64,000 bases of DNA from Candidatus Micrarchaeia archaeon (GTDB taxonomy: Bacteria > Chloroflexota > Dormibacteria > Aeolococcales > Bog-877): assembly GCA_035533215.1 (NCBI GenBank), contig DATLUG010000010.1:44633-108632 (forward strand), read 5' to 3'. This document shows, piece after piece, positions 15,523 to 24,986 of this stretch. The position numbers and the translations under genes are program-made. The stretch's first letter is position 1; each line of letters begins with the position of its first letter. The notes under the pieces were generated by a model. The model worked only from the letters and a program-made list of their open reading frames with translations. It did no database searches and was not told where the DNA came from.

Positions 15523-17949
15523 GTGGCGGGGGCACGGGGTGGGCTGGTGACTCTGGTCCTGCTCCTTGCCGGGGGCACCGGAACGGCGCTGCTCACGGCC
15601 GCGGCCGCGCCCCACCGGGCGGCGGAGGCGGTGACCGCCGCGGTGAGCGCCTGCCCAGTCTGGTCCTCGGCCCAGGGCGTCGACAGCTTCGCGTACGCCC
15701 CCTTCCAGATGCTCGCTCCTGGAGTCGGGTGGGAGTGGAGTTCGCAGGACCGGCTGCTGTGGACCGCCGACGGAGGGGCCAGGTGGCGCGACATCACCCC
15801 GCCGGCGGGTCCGCTCGCACCGGCGCCCGGGGGGCCGGCATCGGCCTGCTTCGTGACACCCGATGACGGGTGGGTGGCGGCCCCCCTCGGCCAGCCCGGC
15901 TCGACCGACGTCCAGGGGCCGGCGGGAGTCGTCTGGCACACCACCGACGGCGGGGCCACCTGGCGGGCCGCCCCCCTGCCCATCCCGCTCGCGACGGCAG
16001 CACCGGCGTCGATGCAGCTCGACTTCGTCAGCCCCCTCGACGGATACCTGTTGTTCGAGCCGACCGCCCTTGCCGATGGCCCGACCCATCCCACCCTGCT
16101 GCGGACGAACGATGGCGGTGCCGACTGGTCGCCGGTCCCGTTGGTCGTGGGCCACGGGCCCGGGACCGGGCCGATGCGCTTTGTCTCGGCACAGCTGGGC
16201 TGGAGCCACCAGCCGGAGCTGGTCAGCACCGACGACGGGGGCGCCAGCTGGCGTCCGGTGCACCTACCCGGGGTTCCGGTCGGCTGCCATCTCACCGCCG
16301 GCCTCCCCACCTTCTGGAGCGCCACCGCCGGGGTGCTGCCGGCGACGTACGGCGGGGCGGGGGGCAGGGCGCCGTGCGAGGCGGTTGGCCGGCCGGCTCA
16401 CCTCGTGCTCTACGCGACACGGAACGGGGGGCGGACCTGGTCCGTGCGCTCGAGCAGGCGGTACACCCAGGTGGAGGCGGGGACCGTCCCTCGTCTGGCG
16501 GTCGTGAACGCTGACGACTGGGCGGCAGTGGTGGGGCCGGCCACCTGGCCGAACCGAGGGCATTCGCCGCGCGGGATCCTGTGGTGGACCCACGACGGCG
16601 GACGGCAGTGGACGACCCTGACGCCGCGCGGACTCTGGTGGTACTTCCTGGCCGACGCTGCCGAACTGCAGTTCACCGACACCACCGAGGGCTGGGCGTA
16701 CGGCTGTCCTCCCCTCGGCCCCTGCCAGGTGTTCGCCACCCCGGACGGGGGAGGGTCGTGGCACGCGCTCCCACCCGGGCCGCTCCTCACCGCGACCGGC
16801 CCGCCGCCGACCCCAGCCGTTCCGGTGGCCGACGCGCCCCGGCCGGCGGCGTGCCCGTACCCGTCGGGCGGATACCAGTCCGCCCCCTTCCAGATGCTCT
16901 CGGCCCGGGCGGGCTGGGTATGGAGCGGGACCGACCGTCTCCTCTGGACGGCCGATGGCGGGCGAACCTGGCGCGACATCACGCCGCCGGCCCACATCCC
17001 CTACGCGCAGTCGCTCGAGACGTCAACCTGCTTCGTGAGCCGCCTCGACGGATGGGTGGCGGTGCCGGCGGCGGGGGGGCCCGAGACCCACGGGAGGGCC
17101 GGCACCGTCTGGCGGACGACCGACGGCGGCCGCACCTGGCGGCCGGCGACGCTGTCGACCACCCTGGCGCACGGCCCGGCCCTCATCCTGCAGCTCAACT
17201 TCGTGAACCGGCTCGACGGCTGGCTGATGGACCAGACCCCGTCGCCGGGGATGGGCGCACCCAGTCCCGCCTATCTCTTCCGGACGTCCGACGGTGGCGT
17301 CCGCTGGACCCGGGCCAGCTGGCCGAAGGGAGGGGCCGCGGTGGGCCGGCTGCGCTTCTACGAGCCGGCGCTCGGCGTCGCCGAGGGCCGGCCGCTGTCC
17401 ATCACCCGCGACGGCGGTCGCACGTGGACCGAGGCCAGGCTGCCCCTGCCGGCAGGAGCCCGTGGCTGCGATCTGAGTGGCGGGCTGCCGCAGTTCTGGA
17501 GCGCTGCGGGCGGCGTGGCCGCGGTGGTGTTCTCGTCGCCGACGGCCGGAATCCCGGCTCCCGCGCAGCCGTGCGCCAACCCGCCGGACCGGGTCGCCCT
17601 CTACACCACCACGGACGGCGGCGCCACCTGGACCCTCGCCACCGTGGTGGCACCCGGGACCTCCTACCCGACGACGCCCGACCTCCTCGTGACCGACCGG
17701 ACCGATTGGGTCCTGGTCGAGGGGAGCATCCTGCTCGAGACCCACGACGCCGGCGTTCGCTGGTCGTTCATCATCCCAGCGGGGATGCCGGTGGCAGGGG
17801 GAGCCCTCACCCAGTTCGCGGACCAGGCGGTCGGGTGGGCGTCGGGGTGCGACGGCTCGGTGCAGTGGTGCGGGACGGTGTACGTGACGGTCGATGGCGG
17901 CCAGGTCTGGCGACCGCTGCCGGTGACGCTCGCGCCCACCCACGGCTGA
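15523..17949 (+). CDS. Secreted or membrane-anchored protein with about 14 Asp-box (BNR / Ycf48-like) repeats, i.e. two tandem beta-propeller modules
   Basis: SxDxGxTW-type motifs recur (TADGGARW, TTDGGATW, TNDGGADW, TDDGGASW, and so on). The N-terminal hydrophobic segment is LVTLVLLLAGGTGTALLTAAAA. I chose the GTG at 15523 as start because the upstream part of the listed ORF has poor codon bias. Confidence 0.75.
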   Translation: MAGARGGLVTLVLLLAGGTGTALLTAAAAPHRAAEAVTAAVSACPVWSSAQGVDSFAYAPFQMLAPGVGWEWSSQDRLLWTADGGARWRDITPPAGPLAPAPGGPASACFVTPDDGWVAAPLGQPGSTDVQGPAGVVWHTTDGGATWRAAPLPIPLATAAPASMQLDFVSPLDGYLLFEPTALADGPTHPTLLRTNDGGADWSPVPLVVGHGPGTGPMRFVSAQLGWSHQPELVSTDDGGASWRPVHLPGVPVGCHLTAGLPTFWSATAGVLPATYGGAGGRAPCEAVGRPAHLVLYATRNGGRTWSVRSSRRYTQVEAGTVPRLAVVNADDWAAVVGPATWPNRGHSPRGILWWTHDGGRQWTTLTPRGLWWYFLADAAELQFTDTTEGWAYGCPPLGPCQVFATPDGGGSWHALPPGPLLTATGPPPTPAVPVADAPRPAACPYPSGGYQSAPFQMLSARAGWVWSGTDRLLWTADGGRTWRDITPPAHIPYAQSLETSTCFVSRLDGWVAVPAAGGPETHGRAGTVWRTTDGGRTWRPATLSTTLAHGPALILQLNFVNRLDGWLMDQTPSPGMGAPSPAYLFRTSDGGVRWTRASWPKGGAAVGRLRFYEPALGVAEGRPLSITRDGGRTWTEARLPLPAGARGCDLSGGLPQFWSAAGGVAAVVFSSPTAGIPAPAQPCANPPDRVALYTTTDGGATWTLATVVAPGTSYPTTPDLLVTDRTDWVLVEGSILLETHDAGVRWSFIIPAGMPVAGGALTQFADQAVGWASGCDGSVQWCGTVYVTVDGGQVWRPLPVTLAPTHG
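15646..17946 (+). repeat. Internal tandem duplication of a ~1.1-kb coding module (15646-16791 and 16846-17946)
   Basis: The two halves are collinear at protein level: ACPVW..FAYAPFQMLAPGVGWEWSSQDRLLWTADGGARWRDITPP versus ACPYP..YQSAPFQMLSARAGWVWSGTDRLLWTADGGRTWRDITPP. Later Asp-boxes continue in the same order. Confidence 0.8.
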
Positions 17950-18672
17950 CGAGCCGCCGCTCCGCTGCCCGCGGCGGAGGCCGGCCCCAGCGACCCCGCC
18001 CGCCGGTGGAGGCCGACCACCGGGAAGGAGGTGCCACCCACCGTGGGGGCGGGAGCCGAGCGGACCGCGTCGTGGAATCCCCGGCCGCGACCATCCGCCG
18101 CCGTCGCCGTCGACGCAGCCGGCGACCCTCCATCTTCCCGCATGCCAGCGCAGCGCGAGGAGGTGCGAGGCGCCGGCCGGGGGCCCCGGCCGGCGAGTCC
18201 GCTCAAACGGCGAGGCCACGGTCGCGACCACCGTGTCGATGAGGTGGTCTCGGCCGGGAGGGCGCGGCGCCCGGGTGCGGGCCCGGCTGCGCGTGTCCCC
18301 GCGCCTCGTGCGCCGCCCGCGCTGACGGATCACCCGCGGCCGCGGCCGCAACGGAGCGCGGCCGGCGGTGCGGCGCCGCCCCCGGTCCGACCCCGCGACC
18401 GACTGCGCCCCGAAGGAGCGGGGCGGCGCGCCGCCTCCCGGGGCCGGCCACCTGGCGAGCGACGTCAGCGATGGCGGCCCCGCCCCGAGATGGCAGGCCG
18501 CCGGCACCTGCTCCGGGTGGACGCCCAGGGAGCAGCCGGTCGTCGAACACCCCGTCGGGCCCGCGGCCCGGACGGCTGCTGGGCGCTGGCACTGGCGCCC
18601 ACCAGCGCGGGGTCGGGGGCGGCGACGGTCAGCGCGCGGTCGCCTCGCACCGCAGGCGGGCGCCTCGGGTCC

Positions 18673-19278
18673 TCACGGCGCCAGCCGCTCCACCACCCAG
18701 CCGCTCCCGGCGCGGGTGAAGCGGAGCCGGTCGTGGAGGCGGTCCCGGCGCCCCTGCCAGAACTCGACCCGCGCCGGGCGGAGCTGGAAGCCGCCCCAGG
18801 CCAACGGCAGCGGTATCTTTGCCGGGTGGCGGTCGGCGTATGCCCGGCTGCGAGCCTCCAGCCAGGCGCGATCGGGAACCGGGCGGCTCTGGGGGGAGAT
18901 CGCGGCGGACACCCGAGCCCCGCGGGGGCGGCTCTCGAAGTAGGCGCGCGAGTCCTGCCGGGAGATGCGGCGCACCGTCCCCTCGCAGCGAACCTGGCGG
19001 TGCAGCCGTGGCCAGTACAGCACCGCCGCGGCGAGGGGGAGGTGGGCCAGCTCGCGACCCTTGTCGCTGGCGTGGTTGGTGAAGAAGGTGAGTCCCGAGG
19101 GGTCGAGCCCCTTCAGCAGCACCATCCGGGCGCGGGGCGCCCCGTCGGCGGCGACGGTGGCGAGGGTCATCGCCTCTGGCTGGAGTTCGCCGGCGGCCCG
19201 GGCCGCCGCCAGCCACCGTCTCAGCGCCGCCAGCGGGTCGGGCCCGAGATCGCCCGGCTCCAGCTGCGGATCGTCCAC
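18673..19278 (-). CDS. pdxH: Pyridoxamine 5'-phosphate oxidase
   Basis: Motifs are RMVLLKG, TFFTNHASDKG and the C-terminal RVEFWQGRRDRLHDRLRF. Confidence 0.9.
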   Translation of the reverse strand: MDDPQLEPGDLGPDPLAALRRWLAAARAAGELQPEAMTLATVAADGAPRARMVLLKGLDPSGLTFFTNHASDKGRELAHLPLAAAVLYWPRLHRQVRCEGTVRRISRQDSRAYFESRPRGARVSAAISPQSRPVPDRAWLEARSRAYADRHPAKIPLPLAWGGFQLRPARVEFWQGRRDRLHDRLRFTRAGSGWVVERLAP

Positions 19279-19286
19279 CGTGGGAT

Positions 19287-20531
19287 TCAGGCGGCGCCCA
19301 CACCCTCGCCGACCAGCTCCTCCAGCTCCTTGGCGGTGTGGCGCTCGATCCGGGTGTTGGTGTGGCGCTCGATGTCGCGGAGCTTGAGGATCTCGATCGG
19401 GGTGATCAGGGTGAGGGCGACCCCGTCACGCCCGGCCCGGGCGGTCCGGCCGACGCGATGGACGTACTCCTCGGGGGTCGCCGGGACGTCGTAGTTGATG
19501 ACGTGGCTGATGTCCTCGATGTCGAGCCCGCGGGCGGCCACGTTGGTGGCGATGAGGAACCGCACCCTGGAGTGGCGGAAACGCTCCAGCGACTCGTCGC
19601 GGTCGTGCTGGGAGAGGTCGCCGTGGAGCACGGTGACGTCGTAGCCACGGGTCAGGAGGACGGAGTGGAGCAGATCGGCGTTGCGCTTGGTCTCGGTGAA
19701 GATCAGGCCCACCTTGACGATCGGGCTGTCGAGCAGGCGGGTGAGGGCTTCGACCTTGTCCGCCCACGAGCACTCGATGTACCACTGCCGCACCGTCGGC
19801 ACCAGCTCGGTGTGACCGGTGACCGACACGGTCTCGGGATCGCGCATGTAGCGCGAGGCCAGCCGCCGCACCCACTCCGGCATGGTGGCCGAGAACAGCA
19901 TCGTCTGCCGCGCCGGCGGGGTCTGGCGGAGGATGCGCTCGACGTCCGGCGCGAAGCCCATGTCGAGCATGCGGTCCGCCTCGTCGAGGACCGCGAAGCG
20001 CACCTGGGCCAGGCTGAGGGAGCCGCGCTGGAGGTGGTCCAGCAGCCGCCCCGGGGTGGCGACGATGATCTGCGGGCTCTGCCGCAGCCCGGTCAGCTGG
20101 CGGCGCATGGAGTCGCCGCCGAAGATGGAGAGCCAGCCCACCCGGCGATGGCTGGCGAGCCGGCCGATCTCCTCGGAGACCTGGACCGTGAGCTCGCGGG
20201 TCGGGCACAGGACGAGCGCCTGGGTCGGCGGTCCGGGCAGCTCGATGCGCTCCAAGATCGGCAGGCCGAAGGCCGCCGTCTTGCCGCTGCCGGTCTGGGC
20301 CTGCCCGACCAGGTCACGGCCTCCCAGCGCCACCGGGATGGCCCGGGCCTGGATCGGGGTGGCACGCTCGAACCCCATGTCCGTCACGGCCCGGACCAGA
20401 TCGGGGGAGAGACCCAGGTCGGCGAAGCCGGGCAGCGCCTCGGGGGGGCCCTCGTCGCTCGACGCCGACGCTGTCGGGGGTCGTAGGGGGCGGGGTGAGG
20501 GTCGGAAGGGACGTCGGGATCGGGTGGGCAC
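19287..20531 (-). CDS. DEAD-box ATP-dependent RNA helicase
   Basis: Q-motif region is FADLGL...PTPIQ-like; also AQTGSGKT, PTRELT, DEAD, SAT and HRVGRTARAG. The start is uncertain: the GTG at 20531 gives an Arg/Pro-rich 40-aa leader with poor codon bias, and no closer canonical start exists. Confidence 0.88.
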   Translation of the reverse strand: MPTRSRRPFRPSPRPLRPPTASASSDEGPPEALPGFADLGLSPDLVRAVTDMGFERATPIQARAIPVALGGRDLVGQAQTGSGKTAAFGLPILERIELPGPPTQALVLCPTRELTVQVSEEIGRLASHRRVGWLSIFGGDSMRRQLTGLRQSPQIIVATPGRLLDHLQRGSLSLAQVRFAVLDEADRMLDMGFAPDVERILRQTPPARQTMLFSATMPEWVRRLASRYMRDPETVSVTGHTELVPTVRQWYIECSWADKVEALTRLLDSPIVKVGLIFTETKRNADLLHSVLLTRGYDVTVLHGDLSQHDRDESLERFRHSRVRFLIATNVAARGLDIEDISHVINYDVPATPEEYVHRVGRTARAGRDGVALTLITPIEILKLRDIERHTNTRIERHTAKELEELVGEGVGAA

Positions 20532-20540
20532 GCGCCGCCC

Positions 20541-20546
20541 ACTATA
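20541..20546 (-). promoter_or_regulatory. Candidate -10 hexamer (TATAGT on the minus strand) upstream of the DEAD-box helicase
   Basis: TATAGT lies 9 nt upstream of the in-frame GTG at 20531, and there is no SD. Confidence 0.35.
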
Positions 20547-20631
20547 CCCGAGGCTGGGAAGCGGCCCGAACGAGGGACCGGCCCGCGGCCGCGCCCCCGC
20601 CGCCCGCCACAATGGAGGCGTGGGGCGCCGG

Positions 20632-21474
20632 ATGCTGGTCTGCGACATCGATGGGACCCTCGTCGACGAGTCGCTGGAGGTCGACGAGCGGGACCGGGCG
20701 GCGGTGGCGCGGGCGCAGGCGGCGGGCACCCTGGTGGGGCTCGCCACCGGGCGGATGTACCAGTCGGCGCTGCCGTTCGCGGAGCGGCTCGACGTGGCGC
20801 TCCCGCTCATCTGCTACCAGGGAGCCGTGATCCGCGACCGCCCCCGCCCGGGCGATCCCGTCAATCCCGTCACCGGCGGCCGGCTGGGGCGGCTCCGCTT
20901 CGAGCGCGGCCTCGGCCCCGAGGTGGCGGCGGAGCTGCTGGCGCTGGCGCGCCGGCGCGGCTGGACCTGCAACGTCTACCAGGACGACGCCCTCCTGGTC
21001 GAGGCGGAGACCGCGGCGGTGCGGTACTACACCCGGATCGCGCGGGTGCCGGTCACGGTGGTGGACGACCTCGACGCGCGGATCGGGCGGGGCACCACCA
21101 AGCTGGTCATGGTCGTCCCCGACCTCGACCGCTTCCCCGGTGTGATGGCGGAGGTCGCCGACCGGGTCGGGCGGCGCGCCGAGGTCACCCGCTCCTACCC
21201 CGGCTTCTGCGAGGTCACCGCCGCCGGGGTGGACAAGGGCGCGGCCCTGGCCTGGGTGGCCTCCGACGTCGGGGTGGCGATGACGGACGTGGTCGCGGTC
21301 GGCGACGCGCCCAACGACCTCGCGATGCTGGTGGCCGCCGGCACCCGGGTGGCGGTCCGCACCGCCGCCACCGAGGTGGTGCGCGCGGCCGACTGGACCA
21401 CGGGGGCGCCCGGCGAGGGAGGGATCGCGGCCGTCATCGACCGCTGCCGGCTCGACCACGACGCGGCCGCGTGA
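20632..21474 (+). CDS. HAD-IIB (Cof-type) phosphatase
   Basis: Motifs are MLVCDIDGTL (DxDGT) and the C-terminal GDAPNDLAML. An alternative in-frame GTG lies at 20620. Confidence 0.85.
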   Translation: MLVCDIDGTLVDESLEVDERDRAAVARAQAAGTLVGLATGRMYQSALPFAERLDVALPLICYQGAVIRDRPRPGDPVNPVTGGRLGRLRFERGLGPEVAAELLALARRRGWTCNVYQDDALLVEAETAAVRYYTRIARVPVTVVDDLDARIGRGTTKLVMVVPDLDRFPGVMAEVADRVGRRAEVTRSYPGFCEVTAAGVDKGAALAWVASDVGVAMTDVVAVGDAPNDLAMLVAAGTRVAVRTAATEVVRAADWTTGAPGEGGIAAVIDRCRLDHDAAA

Positions 21475-21475
21475 G

Positions 21476-22846
21476 GTGGACCGTGGGCCGCTGAGGCGGC
21501 GCGCGCGGGTCGGGATGGCCGGGTGGGGCACGGTGGGCGGCGCGGTCGCCGCGCGGGTCGCGGCGACGGTACCGGATTGCGAGCTGGTGGTGGGACTGGT
21601 GCGCGACCCCGGGCGTCACCGGGAGGCGGCGGCCCGCGCGGGTGCGGGCTTCGGGTCGGGACCGGTCGTCCTCACCACCGAGCCCGAGGTCCTGCTGGGG
21701 GCGGACTGCGATGTGGTGGTGGAGTGCACCGGCGACGTCGGCTTGGCCGGTCGCCTGGCCCGCGCCACCCTGGCCCGCGGCACCGACCTCGTCACCGCCA
21801 ACAAGCAGCTGCTGGCCGCTCACGGCGCCGAGCTCACCGCGCTGGCGGACCGCCACCGGGCCCATCTCGCGTACGAGGCCGCGGTCGGCGGCGGGATGCC
21901 GATCATCAGCCTGGTCCGCCACGCGCTGCGCGCCGACCGGCCGCGCCGTCTCGCCGCCATCCTCAACGGGACGACCAACTTCATCCTCGACCGGATGGCC
22001 GGGGGCGAGCCGGGGGAGTTGGCGCTGGCGGCGGCGCGGCGTGAAGGGCTGGCCGAGGCTGACGCGAGCGCCGACATCGACGCCCACGACCCGGTCGCCA
22101 AGCTGGTCATCCTGGCCGCCCTGCTGTGGGGCGGATGGCCGTCTCCCGAGGACGTGCACCGGCGCGGGATCGCCGACCTCGTGGCCGCGGACCTCGCGGT
22201 CGCACGGGCCCTGGGACGGGCGGTGCGCCTGGTGGCGCTGGCCGAGGCCGGCGATGGCGACCCCGCGGCCGCGGGGCCGCCGACCGAGGCGGCGTCCGCG
22301 GGTGCGGGGCTCGCCCTGGCGGTGGAGCCGGCGCTGGTCCCGCTGGACCATCCCCTGGCGTCGACCCGGGGCGCCGGCAACACCGTCGTGCTCGACTCTG
22401 ACCTCGCCGGCCGCACCGTCCTCAGCGGCACCGGGGCGGGGGGAGTCCCCACCAGCTCCGCCGTGCTCTCCGACCTGGCCCAGGTGCTCGCCGCTCGCCG
22501 GCGCGGGGCGGCGCCGGAGCCGGGGCCGCTCGGCCCTCCCCCCGCCGTTCCTCCCGCCGGGGCCCCTCGCGGCGGGGCGGTGTGGCGGGTCGGCCCGGAC
22601 CGGGAGATGTCCGACCCCGCGCTGGTGGCGGCGGCGCTCTCGGGGGCGGGGCTCGAGGTCGTCCGCGTCGCCGGGCTGGCGGCGCTGATCGGTGACCAGG
22701 GCGCAGTCCCCGGAGCGGAACCGGGCGAGGTGGTGCTGGTGACGGCGCCCGCGACGCGCGGCCGCCGCCGGGCCGGTGCCGACGCTGTCGCCCGGCTCGC
22801 GGGCGGCTACGCTGTGCGCAGCTGTCTGCCGCTGCTGGAGGCGTGA
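21476..22846 (+). CDS. hom: Homoserine dehydrogenase
   Basis: Motifs are GWGTVGG (NAD site), NGTTNFILDRM and DIDAHDPVAKLVILA. The start may be the ATG at 21515 rather than the GTG at 21476. Confidence 0.9.
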   Translation: MDRGPLRRRARVGMAGWGTVGGAVAARVAATVPDCELVVGLVRDPGRHREAAARAGAGFGSGPVVLTTEPEVLLGADCDVVVECTGDVGLAGRLARATLARGTDLVTANKQLLAAHGAELTALADRHRAHLAYEAAVGGGMPIISLVRHALRADRPRRLAAILNGTTNFILDRMAGGEPGELALAAARREGLAEADASADIDAHDPVAKLVILAALLWGGWPSPEDVHRRGIADLVAADLAVARALGRAVRLVALAEAGDGDPAAAGPPTEAASAGAGLALAVEPALVPLDHPLASTRGAGNTVVLDSDLAGRTVLSGTGAGGVPTSSAVLSDLAQVLAARRRGAAPEPGPLGPPPAVPPAGAPRGGAVWRVGPDREMSDPALVAAALSGAGLEVVRVAGLAALIGDQGAVPGAEPGEVVLVTAPATRGRRRAGADAVARLAGGYAVRSCLPLLEA

Positions 22847-24030
22847 CCGCGATGCCCGCCCGCCCTCCGCTCGCCGACCTGGCCGCCGCCCCGCGGTTGG
22901 CGGCCGCGCCCCCCCGTCCGGTCGCCGGCGGGCACCCCGGTGACGGCGAGCGCGCGGGCGTCCGCGGGCGCCCCTCTGATCCCCGAGCGGGCGTGCTCCT
23001 GCGCTATCCCGACCGGCTCCCGCTCACGGCGGCGACCCCGCGGATCACCCTCGGCGAGGGCGGCACGCCGCTGATCGAGGCGCCCACCATCGCCCGGGAG
23101 CTGGGCCTCGGGCGCCTCAGCCTGAAGTTCGAGGGTCTGAACCCGACCGGGTCGTTCAAGGACCGGGGAATGGTGGTGGCGGTGGCCAAGGCGATCGAGG
23201 CCGGCAGCGAGGTGCTGGTGTGCGCCTCCACCGGCAACACCAGCGCCTCGGCGGCCGCCTACGCGGCCCGCTTCGGCCTGCGCGCGGTGGTGCTGGTGCC
23301 GGGCGGCAAGATCGCCCCCGGCAAGCTGCTCCAGGCGCAGGTCTACGGGGCCAAGGTCCTCGCCATCCGGGGCAACTTCGACCGCGCGCTGGCGGTGGTG
23401 CGCGAGCTCGCCGCCCGCTATCCGATCGCGCTCGTCAACTCCGTCAACCCGTACCGGATCGAGGGCCAGAAGACGGCGGCCTTCGAGATCGTCGACGCGC
23501 TCGGCGACGCCCCTGACGTCCTCAGCCTGCCGGTCGGCAACGCCGGCAACATCACCGCCTACTGGCGGGGCTTTCGCGAGGAGCAGCCGCTCGGCCGGGT
23601 CCGCCGCCTGCCCCGCCTCCTCGGGGTGCAGGCGGAGGGGTCCGCACCGATCGTGCGCGGCCGCGCGGTGGCGCGGCCGCGCACGGTGGCCAGCGCCATC
23701 CGGATCGGCAACCCGGCCTCGTGGGAGGCGGCGACCCTGGCTCGCGACGAGTCCGGGGGCGCCATCATCGCCGCCACCGACGGCGAGATCCTCACCGCCC
23801 AGCGGTGGCTGGCGAGCCGCGAGGGGGTGTTCGCCGAGCCCGCCTCGGCCGCCGCGCTGGCGGGGGTCGTGCAGGCGGCGCGCTCGGGGTGGATCGCCGC
23901 GGGCGCGGAGGTGGTCTGCGTCCTGACCGGCCACGGGCTGAAGGATCCCGACGCGGCCTCGGCCGAACTGCCGCCGCCGATCCCGGTCGACGACGATCCG
24001 GCCGCGATCGCCAAGCTCCTCAAGCTCTGA
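22843..24030 (+). CDS. thrC: Threonine synthase
   Basis: GTGA overlap with hom. The PLP-lysine motif is NPTGSFKDRG, followed by STGNTSAS. Confidence 0.92.
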   Translation: MTAMPARPPLADLAAAPRLAAAPPRPVAGGHPGDGERAGVRGRPSDPRAGVLLRYPDRLPLTAATPRITLGEGGTPLIEAPTIARELGLGRLSLKFEGLNPTGSFKDRGMVVAVAKAIEAGSEVLVCASTGNTSASAAAYAARFGLRAVVLVPGGKIAPGKLLQAQVYGAKVLAIRGNFDRALAVVRELAARYPIALVNSVNPYRIEGQKTAAFEIVDALGDAPDVLSLPVGNAGNITAYWRGFREEQPLGRVRRLPRLLGVQAEGSAPIVRGRAVARPRTVASAIRIGNPASWEAATLARDESGGAIIAATDGEILTAQRWLASREGVFAEPASAAALAGVVQAARSGWIAAGAEVVCVLTGHGLKDPDAASAELPPPIPVDDDPAAIAKLLKL

Positions 24031-24986
24031 CCGCGGGGACGGCGCCGGGCTGGCGGGTCTCGGTCCCCGCGACGGCGGCCAACCTGGGGGCGGGCTTCGA
24101 CTGCCTGGCTCTGGCCCTGGAGCTGCGCCTTACGGTCGACGTCTTCCCCGGCGCCGGCCCCCTCCGCCTCGCCGTGCCGAAGGGATCGCCGGCCGGGTGG
24201 AGCGACCCCGCCACCAACCTGCTGGCCCGGGCCCTCGCCGCTGGCTGCGAGGCCGGCGGCGGCGGTCCCCCCTCCGGTCTGGTCCGGGTGACGGCGCCGA
24301 TCCCGCTCGCCCGCGGGCTCGGCAGCAGCGCCGCCGCGGTGGTGGCGGGCCTGGGCGCCGCCAGCGCCTGCTGCGGCGGTCGGCTGTCCGCCGATCGAAT
24401 CCTCTCGCTGGCGACCGCGATCGAGGGACATCCCGACAACGCCGCCGCGGCCCTCCTGGGCGGCCTCGCGGTCACCGTGCGCGACGGTGACGGCCAGCCG
24501 ACAGCGCGCCACGTCCCGGCGCCGACGGGCCTGGAGGCGGTCCTGTTCGTTCCCGACCGGGAGCTGGCGACGCGGGCTGCCCGCGCGGTCCTGCCGGTGG
24601 CGGTCCCCCTCGCCGACGCCGTGTTCAACGCCGGCCGCTGCGCCCTCCTCGTCCATGCGTTCTGCAGTGGGGACCTGCCCTGCCTGGGGCTGGCGCTGGA
24701 GGACCGCTGGCACCAACCGGCGCGGGCCCGGCTGCTGCCGTGGATGCCGGAGCTGATCGCCGCCGCTCGCGCCGCCGGGGCGTACGGGGCCTGCCTCAGC
24801 GGCGCCGGGCCCGCCGTGCTGGCGCTGACGGCCAGCCGGCCCGGTCCACGTCGTGCCGTCAGCCAGGCGCTCACGACCGCGGCCGCGCGGGCCGGGGTCG
24901 GCGGGGCGGTGCGGGTGCTGGCGCTGGCCCCGCGGGGGATGGTGACGGAGCCGCTGCCGCCGCGCCGGCCGGGGGACCGGCGGTGA
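24027..24986 (+). CDS. thrB: Homoserine kinase (start codon apparently non-canonical)
   Basis: Motifs are [15 protein letters not shown] and [16 protein letters not shown] (GHMP kinase). No ATG, GTG or TTG lies in frame between the thrC stop and the conserved motif; a CTG at 24027 overlaps the thrC TGA. Confidence 0.85.
   Translation: MTAGTAPGWRVSVPATAANLGAGFDCLALALELRLTVDVFPGAGPLRLAVPKGSPAGWSDPATNLLARALAAGCEAGGGGPPSGLVRVTAPIPLARGLGSSAAAVVAGLGAASACCGGRLSADRILSLATAIEGHPDNAAAALLGGLAVTVRDGDGQPTARHVPAPTGLEAVLFVPDRELATRAARAVLPVAVPLADAVFNAGRCALLVHAFCSGDLPCLGLALEDRWHQPARARLLPWMPELIAAARAAGAYGACLSGAGPAVLALTASRPGPRRAVSQALTTAAARAGVGGAVRVLALAPRGMVTEPLPPRRPGDRR

Noticed and set aside
13279-16263. A 994-aa minus-strand ORF opposite ureC and the propeller gene. 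Similar long ORFs lie at 9165-11570 (-), 36750-38888 (-) and 55811-58687 (-).
   Set aside because: All lie antisense to genes with unambiguous family motifs, and their translations are low-complexity and Arg/Pro/Gly-rich.
18031-19494. A 487-aa plus ORF that begins beside a strong GGAAGGAGG SD-like sequence.
   Set aside because: The translation is Arg/Pro/Ala-rich throughout. Its 3' two-thirds are antisense to the well-supported pdxH and DEAD-box genes.
20608-20622. A leaderless start for the HAD phosphatase at the GTG at 20620, downstream of CACAAT.
   Set aside because: The hexamer lacks the leading T of the TAnnnT pattern. The same bases read equally well as a GGAGG SD for the ATG at 20632, so I kept the ATG start.
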